A stretch of 64,000 bases of DNA from the NCBI GenBank assembly GCA_038087875.1, contig JAXLNO010000079.1:1-64000 (forward strand). The letters run 5' to 3'. Both the position numbers and the translations under genes were made by a program. Source of the stretch: Malacoraja senta (Eukaryota). Of this stretch, positions 59,385 to 64,000 are shown piece after piece; within the stretch, counting starts at the first letter, position 1; each line of letters starts with the position of its first letter. Below the pieces are notes generated by a model that saw nothing but the letters and a program-made list of their open reading frames with translations, made no database searches and was not told the origin of the DNA.

Positions 59385-62300
59385 ATTTTACTTTGGAGTC
59401 ACGTGAGTGACTACGTGAAGAAGACCCCGTCCAGCCGCACACGCGTCACTATCGATCAGACGCATAGCGTTCATGACCGTGTGTGGAGGAGCAGGAGCTC
59501 CTGCAGCGGTGAGTAACGCAAATTTAAAGTAAAAATCGGACAAGGTAAGTGGTTTCGTTTTTACTTACAGGGCGCTTTTCTTCCCGCTCAGACGTGTTGG
59601 CAGAGGTCCACACAAACTCAGAATGGAGAAAGAGCGTAGGGGAAGGAGAGGCCAGGGACGCACCGCAGGTAAAACCCCCGATGCTAAGGGTAGCGGACGT
59701 CAGGAAGAGGAGGCAGTGGCATCGAAGCCATCAACTCCCGTTACGGTCGAATGTGCCGTTAAACCGCCGGCGGCGGGGCGCAAGGCTGGACAAAAGTCGG
59801 CCCGACCTGTAGACTCGGAAGAGTCAGACCCGGAGGTATACCCTCCTGCAGCAGAAAACGTTATGGCTGCAAGGGTCGCCAGTTTAGAGCTCCTGATGGG
59901 GATTTACAAAGAAGCCACACAGGAGGAATCAGGTCGGTGTTGGCCAATGGAGGATACAGCACAGGGTGTGCCTTGGTTGGGACAGGCACAAGGGTGGCCT
60001 ACAGGAGAGCCATCAGAAATGACTGTGCAAAGGTATTACAGTGGTTGGCCTACAGGAGAGCCAGTGCCAGAAATGCCTGAAAAAAGGCAGTATATGTGCT
60101 GGCCTACTGAAGAGCCAGTACCAGAAATGTCTCAAAAAAGACAGTACAAACGTACTTATGTGCCAGCGCCGAAAGTTCCTAAAGGGAAAATTATGAAGCG
60201 TTGGCCTAGAGTTGAGCCAGCGCCAGCAGCACCTGAAACAGGGCTGCCTATCCGTGGGCCTATACGAGAGCCCGCGCAGGGGGAATCTGGCATAGACTTA
60301 CCTGAAACAGGGGAGCCAGAATTTACCAAACCTGAATAGGAACATCTAGATTCAGAAGATGAATTCTATGAGGATGAGAGCCCATTATCAGAGCTGAAAG
60401 TTCCTGGACTAGCACAAAAGTTTGCTGTTCCTAGAATAAAAGGGGAACCTTTGAGGGAGGAAATAGCAATGACTATAAACTATCTACTCTCTCATCAGCT
60501 CCAGGAAGTAACTATGGATGAGACTATGAAACAGTACGAGGCCCCAGCAAATTGTGAATTGCTGACAGTTCCAGCAGTAAATAACTTGATTTGGGGTTAT
60601 TTGAGCATTGGTTTACGCTCACAAGAATTGAAATTGCAACGTGTGTTGAAATTGCTGGGGTCAGGCATTTGCCAGAGGTTTGAATGATGATTATGTATCA
60701 GATTCACAACAAGATGCTCTAGCACTGATGTGTGGTGCACATTTTTGAAATAAATTATATTCGTAAAAATGCAATAAGACCAAATATTCATCCTAAGTAT
60801 GCAGGGCTCTGCAAACCAACCAACATACAAATGCCTAAGCTGCTGTTTGGAGAAAATCTAGCAAAGAAGCTAAAAGGACGAATGAAGAGTCAAGAACCTT
60901 GAGTGGCATGATGATGAAACCACCGATGATGAGCAGAGCGGTGCGAAGGCAGTATCCCTACAGGCGGAATACTGGTGCTGGAGAAGGAACAAGCCGATGA
61001 TTCTCGTATACACGTTGGCGTGCTGCACCGGGGATACGTGGAGGTTACAATGTGCCTACCAGAAGCGGACAATTGCCGGTGGCAAACCCCGAGGTAGGGG
61101 GTCCTGGTCTGGTAAGGAATACAATAAATGTTTCACATTCACAAGTAGGGGGAAGGTTACGATTCTTCCTAAAAGAATGACAGTTAATAACAAATGATTC
61201 ATTTGGACCTGATGTATTGCCAGGAAAATTTGGCTGTCAGCAATATATTTACCAGGTAAATTTAATACAATTACAGATTAAAGATCACGTAAATTTAATG
61301 ATAATACAGAATGGATGTTAAATCGGAAAATATTCACACAAATTATCACACAATTTGGAATGCCAGAAATTGATCTGTTTGCATCAAGATTGAACCACCA
61401 GTTGCCTAAGTATGTGTCATGGGAACCTGATCCTGGAGCAGTAGCGGTGGATGCTTTCTCGCTACATTGGGGTGGTATGTTTCTGTATGCATTTCCGCCA
61501 TTTTTTTTAATCCACAGATGCATACAGAAAATTAAACAAGATTCAGCCTCAGGGATTTTGGTAGTACCAGATTGGCCTAAACAGCTATGGTACCCACTGG
61601 TGTTAAAAATAATCAAAAAAAACCTTATGGTTATTCCAAAGCAGATTAAACTGCTTGTACACCCTGTAACTGATGAACCACATCCTTTACATGATCATAT
61701 TGGTTTGTTGATTTGCAGATTCTAAGAAGGCCATATCTTGGAAAAGGATTATCAGACCGTACGGTGGATGTTATAACAACAGCCTGGAGGAATAGTACCC
61801 AGAAGCAGTACATCTCCTATATAAAGAAATGGGAGGAGTTTTGTTCAGGGAAACATATTGCATATAACCCAGCAGAAATTTCAGATGTAATAGTTCCTTT
61901 CTACTCTATACTATGAATTAAAATTAAATTATAGTGCAATTAATACTGCACGAAGTGCACTCTCTGCATATTTAAGCAGTGAATCAGAACAAACTCCAAT
62001 AGGAGCACATTCTTTGGTCTGTAGGTTTATGAAAGGAATTTTCAACTCTAATCCTCCCAGACCTAGGTATACAGAAATTTGGAATGTAAAAGATGTACTG
62101 ATGTTGCTAAGGAATTGGAATCCAGTTGAAACTCTGTCATTATCCAAAATCACCATGAAATTGGTTATGCTCATGGCATTAGTTTCAGCTCAGAGAGTTC
62201 AAACATTACAGAAACTCAGAATTGATAGAATGAAAGTAGGGCCAAATGCCGTGACATTCTATGTCTATGATTTACTGAAGCAAAGTAGACCTAGGTTCAC

Positions 62301-63211
62301 AGGATGCAAGTTGGAATTTTTTATCATATCCTACAGATCCACGACTGTGTGTAGTAACATATGTGAAATGTTACATAGAAACAACAAAAGTTTTAAGAGG
62401 CACCGAATTGGCATTTTTTATTAGTCATAAAAAGCCTCATAAGAAAGTGTCAACACAAACAATTTCATGATGGTTGAAACAGGTGTTGAGATATTCAGGT
62501 ATTGATACTGATAAATTTAAATCTCATTCCACCAGGGCGGCATCAACATCAGCGGCCAGGGATTCAGACAATAGACCTTATTCTCGCGGCCGCAGGATGG
62601 GCAAGTGAACAGATGTTTCACAAGTATTATCATAAGGAGATTAAAGATCTCAGAGGGTTTGGTGATGCCATGCTGGATACAGTATTAAATCCCCCATTAT
62701 AATACATGGGCCTAATTTTGTTATTTTTATTAAAATAAATAAAACCATTAACTGATTACATTCAAATGTTGTGGTTATGCATTGTTGATTGTGCTTACTC
62801 AAATAGAGTCAATCGATGCAGTGAACACCTGGATTTGAATCCACGGTGTGAAATCACAGAGCTTTGAAATCTTCACGTAGTCACTCACGTGACTCCGAAG
62901 TAAAATAGTAAGATTAAACGAGAACTTACCAAGTTTGAAGTTTGATCTTTATTTTATGAGGAGTAACGTTGAGGGATTACGTGCCCTCCGCTCCCACCCT
63001 CATAAAAGGATCAAGCTGGTAGTTCTAAGTCTTTATGCATCTTACTATCATACTTCGGTAATTATCGTCTGTGATTGTCACTCCGCTGCTTTGAAAGATT
63101 GACGCATGTGCGGCTGGACGGGGTCTTCTTCACGTAATCCCTCAACGTTACTCCTCATAAAATAAAGATCAAACTTCAAACTGGTAAGTTCTCGTTTAAT
63201 CTTACTATTTT
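59385..63211 (+). mobile_element. DIRS1-type tyrosine-recombinase retroelement (RT largely deleted)
   Basis: ATTTT at both ends inside a CR1 3' UTR; ITRs about 59413-59447 / 63100-63135; ICR about 62870-62983; gag-like ORFs 59623-60687; methyltransferase-like ORF 61315-61725 (IDLFAS, YAFPPF); YR fragments 61713-62702 (SAQRVQTL, HSTRAAST, AAGWASEQMFHKYY). Confidence 0.93.
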
Positions 63212-63379
63212 GGATGATCAGCCATGATCATATTGAATGGTGTTCCTGGCTCGAAGGGCCGAATGGCCTACTCCTGCACTATTTTCTATGTTTCTATGAT
63301 TTCTTTACCCCTAAGGGCCATGAACAAATGCAGTAGGATCTCCTAGCTCCTAAACTCAAATCCTCTCGTTGATTGATTG

Positions 63380-63650
63380 ATTTTCAGAAAGTGTTTTAAA
63401 AGGTGCCACACGTGAGGCTGCTTTGGAAGATGAGAGCCCACAGTATCAAAGGGCAGATGCTAACATGGATAGCAGGTTGGCTGGATGGCAGAAGACAAAG
63501 AATGGCAATAAAGGGGGCTTTTTCTGGTTGGTTGCCAGTGACTAATGGAGTCCTGCAAGGGTCGGTGTTGGGGCCGCTACTCTTCACGTTTTATATTAAG
63601 GATTTGGACGAGGGGATTGAAGGCTTTGTGGCAAAGTTTGCGAATGATAC
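63380..63650 (+). mobile_element. CR1-type RT fragment (second half of the composite duplicated at 34-35 kb)
   Basis: [34 protein letters not shown]. Confidence 0.8.
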
Positions 63651-64000
63651 ATAGATACATAGATACATAGAAAATAGGTGCAGGAGTAGGCCATTCAATA
63701 TGATCATGGCTGATCATCCAACTCAGTATCCCGTACCTGCCTTCTCTCCATACCCCCTGATCCCCTTAGCCACAAGGGCCACATCTAACTCCCTCTTAAA
63801 TATAGCCAATGAACTGGCCTCAACTACCCTCTGTGGCAGAGAGTTCCAGAGATTCACCACTCTCTGTGTGAAAAAGTTTTTCCTCATCTCGGTCTTAAAG
63901 GATTTCCCCCTTATCCTTAAGCTGTGACCCCTTGTCCTGGACTTCCCCAAAATCGGGAACAATCTTCCTGCATCTAGCCTGTCCAACCCCATAAGAATTT
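63650..64000 (-). mobile_element. Young CR1-type LINE 3' end (runs off the window)
   Basis: (atagatac)n tail and ORF2 C-terminus GYGEKAGTGY. Confidence 0.88.

Overview
Vertebrate genomic DNA, most likely a cartilaginous fish (skate/ray-type repeat landscape; inference). It holds two host genes arranged tail-to-tail as in human. (1) Nucleolin (NCL, + strand, 15 coding exons at 2056-14782, about 609 aa), with a CpG-rich CCAAT/CRE/E-box promoter and three intronic snoRNAs (U82/SNORD82, U20/SNORD20, U23/SNORA75). (2) B3GNT7 (- strand, main coding exon 44945-46157), with two candidate upstream exons at about 50.4 kb and 54.3 kb. The rest is mostly transposable elements: many CR1-type LINEs, an L2 LINE, Rex1-like 3' ends, V-type SINEs, Helitrons, a hAT transposon with an 8-bp TSD, and three DIRS1-type tyrosine-recombinase retroelements with intact ITR/ICR terminal architecture. 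There are also Penelope-like (GIY-YIG) elements whose termini carry a minimal hammerhead-ribozyme motif, which has spread as short, often fold-back, derivatives. Notable points: the hammerhead-bearing Penelope/fold-back family, co-varying DIRS ICRs with a readable ATT(TT) integration core, U20 sitting in a different NCL intron than in mammals, an apparent 1-nt frameshift in NCL exon 4, and an old inverted composite duplication bracketing B3GNT7. All calls were made by eye; no searches were run.
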